This document shows positions 1-11,194 of a stretch of DNA of 64,000 nucleotides, piece after piece. The notes beneath the pieces were generated by a model. The model was given only the letters and a program-made list of their open reading frames with translations. It had not been told where the DNA came from and searched no databases. A program made the translations under genes and the position numbers. The DNA is from Macrostomum lignano (taxonomy: Eukaryota): assembly GCA_002269645.1 (NCBI GenBank), contig NIVC01002293.1, forward strand, positions 184,259 to 248,258, in the 5' to 3' direction. Positions within the stretch are counted from its first letter, which is position 1; every line of letters starts with the position of its first letter.

Positions 1-664
1 AAAAAGGACGACTTGGTGATAAAGCTTTTTTCCGTCAGTTTTCAATTCAAAGATAATCCACTCACTCTGAAGCTTTTGCTGCCAGACAGAGAAGCAATTT
101 CAAGAAATTTTTTCAAAGAGGCAATTTATTTTGCTTCAAAAATTTCTATCAAGATTCCAAAGTAAACAGCATTTCATCATTTTCAAGAAATAAGTCGGTG
201 TAATAATATATTTCATACTGGCTTGTGAATCAGCGTTTGACAAAAAAAAGGTAAGCAGAAAACCTTCGCAACAGAATCAAATAAATTATTCGAGTGTAGT
301 TATCAGGATTTTTCTGATTTTGCGCTTTTGAAGTCCACACAATATGGTTGCACTGAGATCATTAGCTAAGTGTAATGCACGGCACGAACGAGGATGTAAA
401 TGTTAAATGGTAATTTTCTCTGGACGTTTAAATTCTAGAGAAGCATATAATAGTACGTTATCACGTGATACGCGCATTTTCAACCCAAAACTGGATTATT
501 GATTGTGGGTCACTATGCTGTTCAATAGGAGGGGTGCATGTAGTCTGTGTCAATTAGGCTCAAAGGGGTCGGACACTTACACTGTATATGACTGTTGGCT
601 GCAGCAATGGCCAACTTTAACCAACCAATTTTAAGCCCACTTCAGTCAAAACTTCAGTGTTGAA

Positions 665-693
665 CACAGATACTATATAATATAGTATCTGTG
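665..693. mobile_element. 29-bp perfect palindrome flanked by an 8-bp direct repeat (minimal MITE-like insertion)
   Basis: CACAGATACTATAT-A-ATATAGTATCTGTG (14-bp arms, 1-nt centre), with GTGTTGAA at 657-664 and again at 694-701. Confidence 0.65.
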
Positions 694-859
694 GTGTTGA
701 AGAAGGTAGCGTAGCTGCAAGTGAGGACTACGGAGTACAACAGTCAGTCATATGACTATAGGATGGACCCGTGTTAACCCGCTTTGTCTATTTACCTACT
801 AAAAAATTGTATCAGTGATCAAAAGAATGGAATAAAACTCAGTTAAAATTGTATTATAG

Positions 860-3348
860 TTAATCCTGCTCCTTGTCCATCATCTGCGACACTTCTTGGC
901 CGCCATCTGCATCCAGCTCGATGGCCAGCCTAATGCCGCGCATCTTTCTAATGGTTTGTCTGGCGTGCTCCGTGCTGCTGCGGGCGCCATACAGACAGTA
1001 GATGGCCATGCCGATTGTCATCCACACCAGGAACCGAACCCACGTGCCGCTTGGCAGGGCCATCATCAGGTAGACGTTGATGAAAACGGATAGGCAGGGC
1101 ACGAAAGGCACCGCCGGCACCCGGAATGCGACAGGCTTAGCGTTCTCTGGCTGTCGGTAGAGGCTGAACAGGAGACCGAAGCAGGCGGCGAAGGCGGCCA
1201 GCGTTGGCAGCAGCACGCCCGGCTGGTGCATCCGATCCGGGTAGTTCTCAGTTAGAAAGGCCAGCAGAGTGGCGGCGGCCAGGAACAGAAAAGTGTTGCG
1301 CCGGTTGACACTTTCGGAGAAGCGAGTCGGAGCGGTCGACTCCGGCCGGAAGGACAGGCGCAGGTACTCGCGCCACGTCATGCGACGGTGCTGACGAAAG
1401 TGCGTGGACAGGTCGGCCAGGCCGCCGCTGTGGGGATCGCAGACCAGCACGGCATCGGCTGAGTCGCTATCGCTTGAACCTCGCTCTTGCTGTCGCTCTT
1501 GCTTCTCAGGTTTTAGCCTGCATGGCAATGGTCGAGTAACGATTGACTTTACACAGTTGGTTTTTAGCTATCGTAATCAGTTGTATAAGCTGTCGCGATT
1601 TAATCGGGCGATAGATACAATTAATATTCCCAGTTCGAAGACTTAACGTTAAGCTTGGCTGGGATAGCGGATTCATTTCCATAGATGCGTACGCGCAGGC
1701 ATACACGCTCACACAGGATGTGCAGCAACCCAGACAAATCTTACCAATCAGGCATGTCAGGACGATGCGAGAGACAAGAACTATTTTGGAGACTGCTTGA
1801 CAACAACAAGTCGTCCTTTTGGAACGAGGACACAAGAAAGCACTGGGGTAATTTAAGCGCTTGAGCGGCCGCGTACGGTATAGAACCCGGATACTTTGAA
1901 GCCGGACGCAACTCTGCCCCCTTTTTCTACCTGTCAGCTGGTAGCCGCTGCTGCTGACGATGCGTCACAACCCGGATGTCAACTGAGCCCGGCGGCTCCT
2001 CAGCATCCGGGTGCCGAAGATCGTCCCGATTGCCGCGCAGAATGAGCACGGAAATGGCCACCAGGGTGTAGGCCAGCAGAGTGCCAATGGACATCATATC
2101 CACCAGCTCTTTCAGCTCGAACAGGCACGCCATGACAGCGGACAGGAGGCCCGTGATCAGCGTGGCCACCAGCGGAGTGGACAGGCGCCGGTTGACGCTC
2201 GCCAGGAAGCGAAACAGCAGCCCGTCGGAGGCCATGGCGTAGACGATCCTCGGCAGAGGGAACATGGCGCCCAGCAGGCTGGTGGACAGGGCACAGACGG
2301 CGCCCACGGCGATGATATAGTTGGCAACTCGCCAGCCCTGCGCAGCGAACGCGGCCGGCAGAGGCGCCAGCGGATCCAGAGCGAAGTAGGGCTGGATGAG
2401 AGTGAGCACGGTGCTCAAAGAAAAATAGGCAGCAAAGCAGATCGCCAGGCTGACTATTATGCTCACCGGGATGGCCTTCTGTGGGTTCTTGGCCTCCTCG
2501 CCCGTCGTAGCGATGGCGTCAAAGCCCACGAAGGCGTAGAAGCAGGTGCCGGCTCCCGAGACGATGCTGCGCAGACCAAACGGCATGAAGCCACCGGCGC
2601 CGATGCGCGAGGCCGCGTAGGTGGCGTTGCCGAATTCGACAGTGCCGTTCGGGCCGGGCCTGATGCGCCAGTTGGCCCCGTCAGCCAGCCAGCTGCCAGC
2701 GATCACCACCGTGGCCAGGACCATCAGATTGACCAGGGTGAACGCTTTTGTCACCCAGGCGGACTCTTTGACGCCGAACGCGATCACCAGAGTCAGCAGG
2801 AGGACAATGCCGAATGCGAAGAAGTCCGGATACTTGGCGATGCCTGGCACGGACATTGTCAGGTACTGACGGAAGATGTTTATCACCCGGCCGCCGAGCA
2901 GGCTGTCGAAGTTCTGCGACCAGGCCCTGGCCACGCTGGCTGTGCCGATGGCGTACTCGAGAATCAGATTCCAGCCGATTACGAAGGCCATCAGCTCGCC
3001 GACAGTAACGTAGCTGTAGACGTAGGCGGAGCCGGACTTCGGCACCCTGGCGCCGAACTCGGCATAGCACAGGCCGGCGAGCACCGAGGCCGCTGCAGCG
3101 ATGAAGAAGGACACGATGACGGCTGGTCCGGTAGTCTTTTGGGCTACCTCGCCCGCAATGACGTAGACCCCAGCGCCGAGGGTCGAACCAACGCCCAGAG
3201 CGACAAGGTCAAGCGTCCCCAGACAGCGGGACAGCTTCGTGTCGGCGAGATGCGCCTCGTCGACTGTCTTCTTGCGGGTGACGATGCTCAGCAGTAGGGT
3301 GGCATAGTAGCTCAAACTGCCGCCGAGGGAAAAAGCAGCAGGGGACAT
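860..3348 (-). CDS. Cationic amino-acid transporter (SLC7A1-4/CAT family, APC superfamily), 2 exons, ~691 aa
   Basis: Exon 1 is 3348-1931 and exon 2 is 1517-860, joined by a phase-2 GT-AG intron (1930-1518; GACAG|GTAGAA ... TGCAG|GCTAAA). Motifs: [60 protein letters not shown], and the C-terminal [21 protein letters not shown] typical of CATs. Confidence 0.93.
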
Positions 3349-3554
3349 TGCTAGCTGGCTGTCGGTTTACTGCAAAGTAAAGTCAGGAAATATTCCGCTT
3401 TTCCTTGGGGAGCAACGGTTCGCTAATCTCGCTATTCTTATTTGCCGTACGTATTCAAATATCCGTCTTTACGAGCGTAAAGGCGGGAAGCGAATCGGGG
3501 GTGAGAAGAGAGCGGATAGCAGCTACCAGGTTTGTCTGAGCGATATTTAGTCAA

Positions 3555-3627
3555 GCCGCGATAGCTCAGTAGGGAGAGCGTTAGACTGAAGATCTAAAGG
3601 TCCCTGGTTCGATCCCGGGTCGCGGCA
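3555..3627 (+). tRNA. tRNA-Phe (GAA), copy 1
   Basis: 73-nt GCCGCGATAGCTCAG...TTAGACTGAAGATCTAA...GGTTCGATCCCGGGTCGCGGCA. Acceptor stem GCCGCGA/TCGCGGC, A and B boxes present, followed by a T9 Pol III terminator (3629-3637). Confidence 0.97.
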
Positions 3628-4230
3628 ATTTTTTTTTATTCTTGGCGTAAATTTTTCCGCAAATAATGGACTTCAGGAAATTCATATATATATAAAGAAA
3701 GCGAAAATTACAATTCGGAACTTGAAGCATTTTCGAAAAAAAGCTTTATTTTTAAAGCCGATATGTTGTGAAATGAAAAATATATAAAATTCTATTTCAT
3801 CGGCCAAGCACTGTAATTAGAGCCGACGGTCATATTAAACCTGAACTAAAGGCTGACAGAATTTTTTATTTACCCCAAGTGATAACACAATTCTCTAAGC
3901 CGTCCGCTGTCCCAGCTCGGAATTAAAAAAGTAATTCCAAGAGTCCTGCACTGAACCTTTAGAGACCAGAACTACTACCGAAAAGTCTGCATTGGATTTA
4001 GCCTGAATTTTTATTTGTGACAAATTCGCGTGTCTGTCGGTAAGTCTGTGGCGGGAACTTGAGACGGTAGAACTGCTTGCAGAGTTGGAGACTCTGTAAT
4101 CTTGATTTTGATCCATGCCCGTGTCAAACGTAAGCCCCCTGCAGTGAGGGGCTTGAAATTCTAACCTACTCCAAGTAGAATCAAAAGTAGAAGAACTGCA
4201 TGCTGTCACCTTTATTTGTACCGAGAAAAT

Positions 4231-4665
4231 CCTGTGAGTAGCTGAAGTGTCCAGGACTTACTCAGTGAGGACAGTCCTGTGAGTAGCTGAGGTGTCCAGG
4301 ACTTACTCAGTGAGGACAGTCCTGTGAGTAGCTGAGATGTCCAGGACTTACTCAGTGAGGACAGTCTTGTGAGTAGCTGAAGTGTCCAGGACTTACTCAG
4401 TGAGGACAGTCCTGTGAGTAGCTGAAGTGTGCAGGACTTACTCAGTGAGGACAGTCCTGTGAGTAGCTGAGGTGTCCAGGACTTACTCAGTGAGGACAGT
4501 CCTGTGAGTAGCTGAAGTGTGCAGGACTTACTCAGTGAGGACAGTCCTGTGAGTAGCTGAGGTGTTCAGGACTTACTCAGTGAGGACAGTCCTGTGAGTA
4601 GCTGAAGTGTGCAGGACTTACTCAGTGAGGACAGTCCTGTGAGCACAACTAAGATGTCCGGGACT
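4231..4665. repeat. 45-bp minisatellite, ~9-10 copies
   Basis: Unit CCTGTGAGTAGCTGAAGTGTCCAGGACTTACTCAGTGAGGACAGT with small variants. No unique spacers. Confidence 0.92.
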
Positions 4666-5002
4666 TATGCAATGGAAAATGCGAGGGACTGTGAGCCAGC
4701 AAGTTTCTTGATGTACTTTTTTGCTTGAAAGCACTCCAAAGTAGCATTCAAAGTCAATTTTTTCTGACACAAATGAACTTACCTAGATTAAAATTCGCTC
4801 GTATTAGTGCAAATTTAAGCTAAAAATGTGTAGAGGCAGTTATGCCAATAGCTTGATCAAGTGCTTAGCCAGAAATCAGGAGTCAAAAAGCCTTGAACGT
4901 CAATAAATACAGTATACGAACGTGCGCTTGCATGTAACGGTTGACTTGTGCAGGGCTGGTCGCATATGATATTGTGGCAGCCAATAAGACTTATTGGAAG
5001 GG

Positions 5003-5185
5003 GAAGAATCACTCTCCTCACTCCTCACTCTCCTCACTCCTCACTCCTCACACTCCTCACTCCTCACTCTCCTCACTCCTCACTCTCCTCACTCCTCACT
5101 CCTCACTCCTCACTCCTCACTCTCCTCACTCTCCTCACTCCTCACTCCTCACTCCTCACTCTCCTCACTCGTCACTCCCTACTCA
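5003..5185. repeat. (CTCCTCA)n-type simple repeat
   Basis: Degenerate 7/9-bp CTCCTCA(CT) units. Explains the LLTPHSS ORFs. Confidence 0.9.
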
Positions 5186-5584
5186 CAGGACTGTCCTCAT
5201 TTGAGTAAGTCTTTAAAGTAACTTTTGAAGGTCGTTGACTTGTTCTAATCTAGCATGCAAGTTCATTTTCATTTATTTATGTAATAGAAATCACACCTTT
5301 TTAATTGCAACTATTATAATCACAAACACTGCACCCTGTGCATGCACCAACACTCTGCAGTAGATGGCTTGGAAAACAGTTCACTAGCTGCTAGGAAAGT
5401 TAATTATTAAAGTATACATAATTTGTTACATACATTTTCGTATCTTGGAGCACGTACGAGTACTGCAACTTAACAGATGTAGGTTAAGTTTGGAAAAATA
5501 TTAATGTGTAGTTTTTGCAGAGACTGACTAATTGCAGGATTTCTATTAGTTGTGCTGCTTCTTGAAACTGATTACGCATAAATT

Positions 5585-6334
5585 CAGGGGCGCCAGCACC
5601 AGGGGCGCCAGCACCAGGGGCGCCAGCACCAGGGGCGCCAGCACCAGGGGCGCCAGCACCAGGGGCGCCAGCACCAGGGGCGCCAGCACCAGGGGCGCCA
5701 GCACCAGGGGCGCCAGCACCAGGGGCGCCAGCACCAGGGGCGCCAGCACCAGGGGCGCCAGCACCAGGGGCGCCAGCACCAGGGGCGCCAGCACCAGGGG
5801 CGCCAGCACCAGGGGCGCCAGCACCAGGGGCGCCAGCACCAGGGGCGCCAGCACCAGGGGCGCCAGCACCAGGGGCGCCAGCACCAGGGGCGCCAGCACC
5901 AGGGGCGCCAGCACCAGGGGCGCCAGCACCAGGGGCGCCAGCACCAGGGGCGCCAGCACCAGGGGCGCCAGCACCAGGGGCGCCAGCACCAGGGGCGCCA
6001 GCACCAGGGGCGCCAGCACCAGGGGCGCCAGCACCAGGGGCGCCAGCACCAGGGGCGCCAGCACCAGGGGCGCCAGCACCAGGGGCGCCAGCACCAGGGG
6101 CGCCAGCACCAGGGGCGCCAGCACCAGGGGCGCCAGCACCCACTGGCGCCAGCACCAGGGGCGCCAGCACCAGGGGCGCCAGCACCAGGGGCGCCAGCAC
6201 CAGGGGCGCCAGCACCAGGGGCGCCAGCACCAGGGGCGCCAGCACCAGGGGCGCCAGCACCAGGGGCGCCAGCACCAGGGGCGCCAGCACCAGGGGCGCC
6301 AGCACCAGGGGCGCCAGCACCAGGGGCGCCAGCA
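5585..6334. repeat. 15-bp GC-rich minisatellite, ~50 near-perfect copies
   Basis: Unit CAGGGGCGCCAGCAC with one variant unit near 6140. The overlapping GAPGA/LAPLV/RGAST ORFs are by-products. Confidence 0.95.
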
Positions 6335-7838
6335 GAATGTCTCGAAATGAAAACATCAAAAACTTCAAACGCAAAGCACTTAGCCTGTACAAGTTACGGT
6401 ATAACCTCAAGTACTCTTTTTGTACGCTTCAATAACATTTACATATATGACACAATATCTTATAAGCACATTGGCCCTAAGGGTATAGCGATCAGCTTAA
6501 TCAACAATCAATATATATATATATATATGCTAGCTGATCTTAATCTATTGTCTAGATCAGCATAGATTACAGCTTGCTGTGCCGCACCTTCTGTACATTG
6601 TTTAACTCTCTCACGACCACGACAGCAAATATACTAACCCCAATGGAAATTTCTCGATTCCAGCTCTTCCTCGATTGATTTTTTGCTCATTCAGTTTTTC
6701 TGATCGAGAGCGGGACAGGCACTGGCTGCCGGCATATGTGGGCCAACTCAGTTTACTATAACAAAAAGCAATTAACTTTTAGTTAGCTCCACTTTGCGTT
6801 ATATCATATATTTCGCGTATTAATGGCAATTTAATAATAATTAATCTACAAGCGTCTTTACCATACTGTTAGTAGAATGAATTGCATGTAATGCTCCTTA
6901 TAAGAAAAGTCTATCGATTTTCTCTATGAGTTTAGTCTCAACATAAATACGCACTACGAATTTGACTGAAATTAACTCAAATCAGCCTCATTTCGATTTT
7001 AGATTTTAGATTTGTATCCAGAATTTTAAGTATTTTCAGTATTTGTAATTTTGACGTTATTTTATTAATTCTTGTAAAAAAATTGTCCAGGAGCTTGAGC
7101 ATAGATAATAAGAACATGTTCTTTTACCATCTGTATTCGGTCCCAGGTCAATTCGGTGACAAGACATTTCGGTGACAACAACTTCGGTGACAACTTGGGA
7201 CGTTTCGGTGACACCAGTGGTCAATTCGGTGACAAGCTTTTTAGACTTGATTTGACTATTTTTCGTTGTTAAATATTAATATATATAAGCTGTTAATATA
7301 AACTCTTATTAAAGTAATAAAGGTTCGTATGCTATCTGCAATTATCATTTTGTTCGAGTGCGTTTCGAGGCATAACATTTACAGCGCGCACTTAATTTTA
7401 TCCCTACTTTTAATTTTTCAACCCAAGTCAACGACAATTGATTATTAGATTTTTTGTACTACATCTACATGTACATGTATTGTAGATGTACATGTACGTC
7501 TTAAAAGCCATTGAACGAGTTCAGAAAACAACTGTATATCTATAGCGTAGCTTATGACTGTACATGTTTTTATGTGCTAATTCAGGGACTATAAGGCAAG
7601 GGGCGCCAATAGGGGCGGACGTACCCGCGGATAGAGCTTGATAGAACTTATTAAGCCCCCAAAAACCTAAGTTTGCACCCTTTAAACTAGATTTTTCGCC
7701 TCCTACACGTATTTTTTGCACCCCTAGCTTAAAAATTGGCGCCCCTCATACTCATGAATTATTGGCGCCCAAAACTTGGACCGACGCCCCGGCCCCCTTC
7801 GGCCCCCAAATGAAATTCTAGATCCGCTACTGTATGTG

Positions 7839-8281
7839 GGTCACTGGTCAGATCGTCATATTCCATTTCGTCATATCGGATGACGAAGTGACCAGAAGCA
7901 AAGTAGCTTTGAAAAATAATATGACGAAGTGACCAAATATTTAGTTATGCTGGATACTTCGTCATCAAACCAATCAATCTGTGTGAGATTCGAGTTAGTG
8001 TAAACTATTTTTGTCTTTATTAACTATAAGCTGCGGCAAGCAGAACCGATCGATCAACAGGTTTTATCAATCGAGATGTCAAAATGACTGGGATGATTAG
8101 GATTCCATGTAAATATGTTTAATTGCCACATCAATTCACTTGGAAGTTGGAACTGGTGGATGACGAAATGACTCTCTTGAGGTAGTGCATGCAAATCAAG
8201 ATGACGAAGTGACCCTAGTCGAGGTGGACACCCCAGACACCCCAGATGACGAAATGGCAGATGACGAAGTGACTAGGAACC
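7839..8281. mobile_element. Nested 443-bp MITE with imperfect TIRs related to the host element
   Basis: Left end GGTCACTGGTCAGATCGTCAT versus right end (reverse complement) GGTTCCTAGTCACTTCGTCAT. Repeated GATGACGAA(G/A)TG motifs. 8-bp TSD TGTATGTG at 7831-7838 and 8282-8289. Confidence 0.8.
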
Positions 8282-8829
8282 TGTATGTGCGCCTCACAGA
8301 GTATAGATTATGGGTGAGTTGGCTTGAAATTTATCATGTAATTAATTTTGGCGCTTATTGACAAAGCTGTACTGTGAACTTATGGTCGTGGCGATCGTGA
8401 CCATGTTAACATAAACACATGTGTACAAATGTAAAGTCATACAAAACTTGGTCTTCTACATTTAGTAAATGAATAACACTTATTCGTTCATTCAGCAACA
8501 CAGTTAAGTGAATGTGATAATTATACTATACAAGCTGTTGAAACCCGCGGATTTTGAACCCGGGGAATTCCAATACCCGGAACTACTTTTGCATGTATTC
8601 TGAAATCTAAGGCCATACACAAACAAAAACTTGTTAATAGTTAGTAGGATAGAGGTAGACATAAAATGGAGCACATTCGAGTAAAATTAGGGTTTGAGAC
8701 ATTGTTGGCTGGGGTACTGCGCAGAATGTCAAGCAATGTCTGTCTGACTCTAAAACATATTGCTAAACTCTGGTCTCTCCCTGACTCTCCCTACGTCCCT
8801 TGGATCCTTTAAAATTTCTATCGTCTCTT

Positions 8830-9310
8830 TGTTTCCTCTCATCTCTCTCGTCCCTCGTCTCTCCTCTCTCCTCTCTCCTCTCTCCCCTCTTCTCTCGTAT
8901 CTTCCCTCATCTCTCTTCTCTTTCATCTCTCTTATCTCATCTCTTGTCTCTTCTTTTCTCTCTCCTCTCCTCTCTCCTCTCTACTTTTTCGTTTTCTCTC
9001 TCCTCTCCTCTCTCCTCTCTACTTTTTCGTTTTCTCTCTCCTCTCCTCTCTCCTCTCTACTTTTTCGTTTTCTCTCTCCTCTCCTCTCTCCTCTCTCCCC
9101 TTCTCCTCTCTCCTCTCACCCCCTCTTCTCTCTGATCTTCATTCTCCTTTCTATTCTTTTCTCTCTTCTCTTAACTCTCTCCTCTACTCTCTCATCTCTT
9201 CCCTCTTCTCTCGCCTCTTCCCTCACCTCTTTTCTCTCTCGTCTTTGCTCTCTCATCTTTCCTTTCTCTTATCTTATCTCTCTTATCTCTTCTCATTTCT
9301 CTCTACTCCC

Positions 9311-9405
<95 letters not shown>

Positions 9406-9590
9406 GTCTTTCTCTCTTATCTCTGCTCCTCTCTCTACTCTCTCCCCTCTCCTTTCTCCTCTTTCCTCTCCTCTCTCCTCACTCACTTCTCTACCTTTGT
9501 CTCTCCTCTCTCCTCTCGTCTCTGTAACCTCTCCTCTGTTCTCTCTACTCTCCCATCTTTTATCTGTTCACTCTCGTCTCTGCTCTCTCA
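8830..9590. repeat. CT-rich low-complexity tract including a (CT)n microsatellite (~9315-9402)
   Basis: Polypyrimidine tract. The overlapping SLSL/RERE ORFs are artefacts. Confidence 0.92.
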
Positions 9591-9859
9591 TCCGCCTCTT
9601 TAATCTGGCATCTCTGTCTACGCAATCGAAATTCTGTGATATTGTGATATTCTATTGGTTAAAACGCCATCACATTACGTGTATATTGCGCATGCGTCCT
9701 ATATCAATACTTGTACAGAAGCAATTGAACGCAAGACCCATATAGCTACCAGTCGGCGCACTATATATTTACTCTTTAACACTCAAGAATATCGACTTAA
9801 TATCTTCTCTGCATCTAAAAAGCAACTAGCTAGCTAAAGAATACCAGCTCAATTGTCTG

Positions 9860-10366
9860 ATGGAAGTCGAAGAAGACGTCTGTCCAGCGTGTGTCAGAGC
9901 AGTAACTGACGAGGAGCCTGCATTAAATTGTGACAAGTGCAAACATTGGTTCCATCGACTGTGTTTGACTGGTAAGTTTATGCCCTATATTCTGCATTCC
10001 ATCAACTTAGTGTGTATTCACTCTTAAAATGGAAGAGGAGAAAGAGGGTAGAGGGGGGAGAAGGTAGAGGAGAGAGTGAAGAGGAAAAGAGGGTAGGGGA
10101 GAGAAGGTGGGGAGAGAGGGTAGAGGGGGGAAGGTAGAGGAGAGAGTGAAGAGGAAAAGAGAGTAGGGGAGAGAAGGTGGGGAGAGGAGGTAGAGAGTAG
10201 AGAGGGTATGTGGAGAGATGATAAATGGCTGAAATTGTTTTTGCTTTTTATTTTAGAAGCATCGTTCATTTCTGCTGCACAGTATAAGAAATTGATGAAG
10301 AAGAGTTCTTTTTCTTGGTGCTGCATGATCTGCACTACTCAGGAGGTACGTAGAGAGCGATGCTGA
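9860..10366 (+). CDS. Two-exon PHD-finger mini-gene (73 aa) carried inside the long-TIR element
   Basis: Exon 1 is 9860-9971 (MEVEEDVCPACVRAVTDEEPALNCDKCKHWFHRLCLT, then G|GTAAG). The intron 9972-10256 ends TTTTAG. Exon 2 is 10257-10366 (EASFISAAQYKKLMKKSSFSWCCMICTTQEVRRERC*). Spliced ligands C8,C11,C24,C27,H32,C35,C60,C63 give the C4HC3 pattern with W58. Not in the ORF track. Confidence 0.75.
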
Positions 10367-10570
10367 GGTTGAAGTTACTGCTGCCGGTGGTGATGAGGTA
10401 GAGAGCGATGCCGAAATCGAAGTTGCTGCTGCCGGTGGTGATGAGGTAGAGAGCGATGCCGAAATCGAAGTTGCTGCTGCCGGTGGTGATGAGGTAGAGA
10501 GCGATGCCGAAATCGAAGTTGCTGCTGCCGGTGGTGATGAGGTAGAGAGCGATGCCGAAATCGAAGTTGC
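10345..10570 (+). repeat. 48-bp tandem repeat (~4.5 copies) that reads EVESDAEIEVAAAGGD in one frame
   Basis: Unit GAGGTAGAGAGCGATGCCGAAATCGAAGTTGCTGCTGCCGGTGGTGAT. It directly follows the PHD exon and abuts the right TIR. Confidence 0.85.
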
Positions 10571-11121
10571 TGCAGATATACAGTTGTTTTCTGAACTCGT
10601 TCAATGGCTTTTAAGACGTACATGTACATCTACAATACATGTACATGTAGATGTAGTACAAAAAATCTAATAATCAATTGTCGTTGACTTGGGTTGAAAA
10701 ATTAAAAGTAGGGATAAAATTAAGTGCGCGCTGTAAATGTTATGCCTCGAAACGCACTCGAACAAAATGATAATTGCAGATAGCATACGAACCTTTATTA
10801 CTTTAATAAGAGTTTATATTAACAGCTTATATATATTAATATTTAACAACGAAAAATAGTCAAATCAAGTCTAAAAAGCTTGTCACCGAATTGACCACTG
10901 GTGTCACCGAAACGTCCCAAGTTGTCACCGAAGTTGTTGTCACCGAAATGTCTTGTCACCGAATTGACCTGGGACCCTGTATTCTAGGGCAGTAGGGTGA
11001 AATATGCCTCCGCAGCATATGATTTGAGTAAGTTGATTTTATGAACAGGAAAACCTATAAATGCATGCCTTGGTCAGGAATAAGTCAGAATATAATGACA
11101 ATCTCTGTCACCTCTCTCTAA

Positions 11122-11194
11122 GCCGCGATAGCTCAGTAGGGAGAGCGTTAGACTGAAGATCTAAAGGTCCCTGGTTCGATCCCGGGTCGCGGCA
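11122..11194 (+). tRNA. tRNA-Phe (GAA), copy 2
   Basis: Identical in all 73 nt to 3555-3627 and followed by a T-run terminator. Confidence 0.97.

Larger units (their letters stand above)
7139..10976. mobile_element. Non-autonomous long-TIR DNA transposon (Mutator/foldback-like), 3838 bp
   Basis: 403-bp inverted repeats at 7139-7541 and 10574-10976, starting GGTCCCAGGTCAATTCGGTGAC with five TTCGGTGAC subterminal motifs. 8-bp TSD CTGTATTC at 7131-7138 and 10977-10984. No transposase ORF inside. The superfamily assignment is inference. Confidence 0.9.

Noticed and set aside
2-1819. 14-bp inverted match AAAAGGACGACTTG (2-15 versus 1806-1819) as TIRs
   Set aside because: It would enclose only exon 2 of an intact gene, sits at the window edge so no TSD can be checked, and may be chance.
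2011-3297. 428-aa plus-strand ORF and other long antisense ORFs (57885-58886, 60806-61813)
   Set aside because: These are shadows of GC-rich or repetitive coding sequence on the opposite strand.
4231-4665. 45-bp and 49-bp (23996-24985) regularly spaced repeats as CRISPR arrays
   Set aside because: Units are head-to-tail with no unique spacers, there are no cas genes, and the context is eukaryotic.
5484-6410. Long ORFs over tandem repeats ([41 protein letters not shown] etc.) as genes
   Set aside because: They coincide exactly with minisatellites, many inside introns of well-supported genes, and are open only because the unit lacks stops.
11122-11194. Second tRNA-Phe as cargo of the long-TIR element
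   Set aside because: It lies 146 bp outside the right TIR/TSD, and the flanks of the two tRNA copies do not match beyond a few bases.
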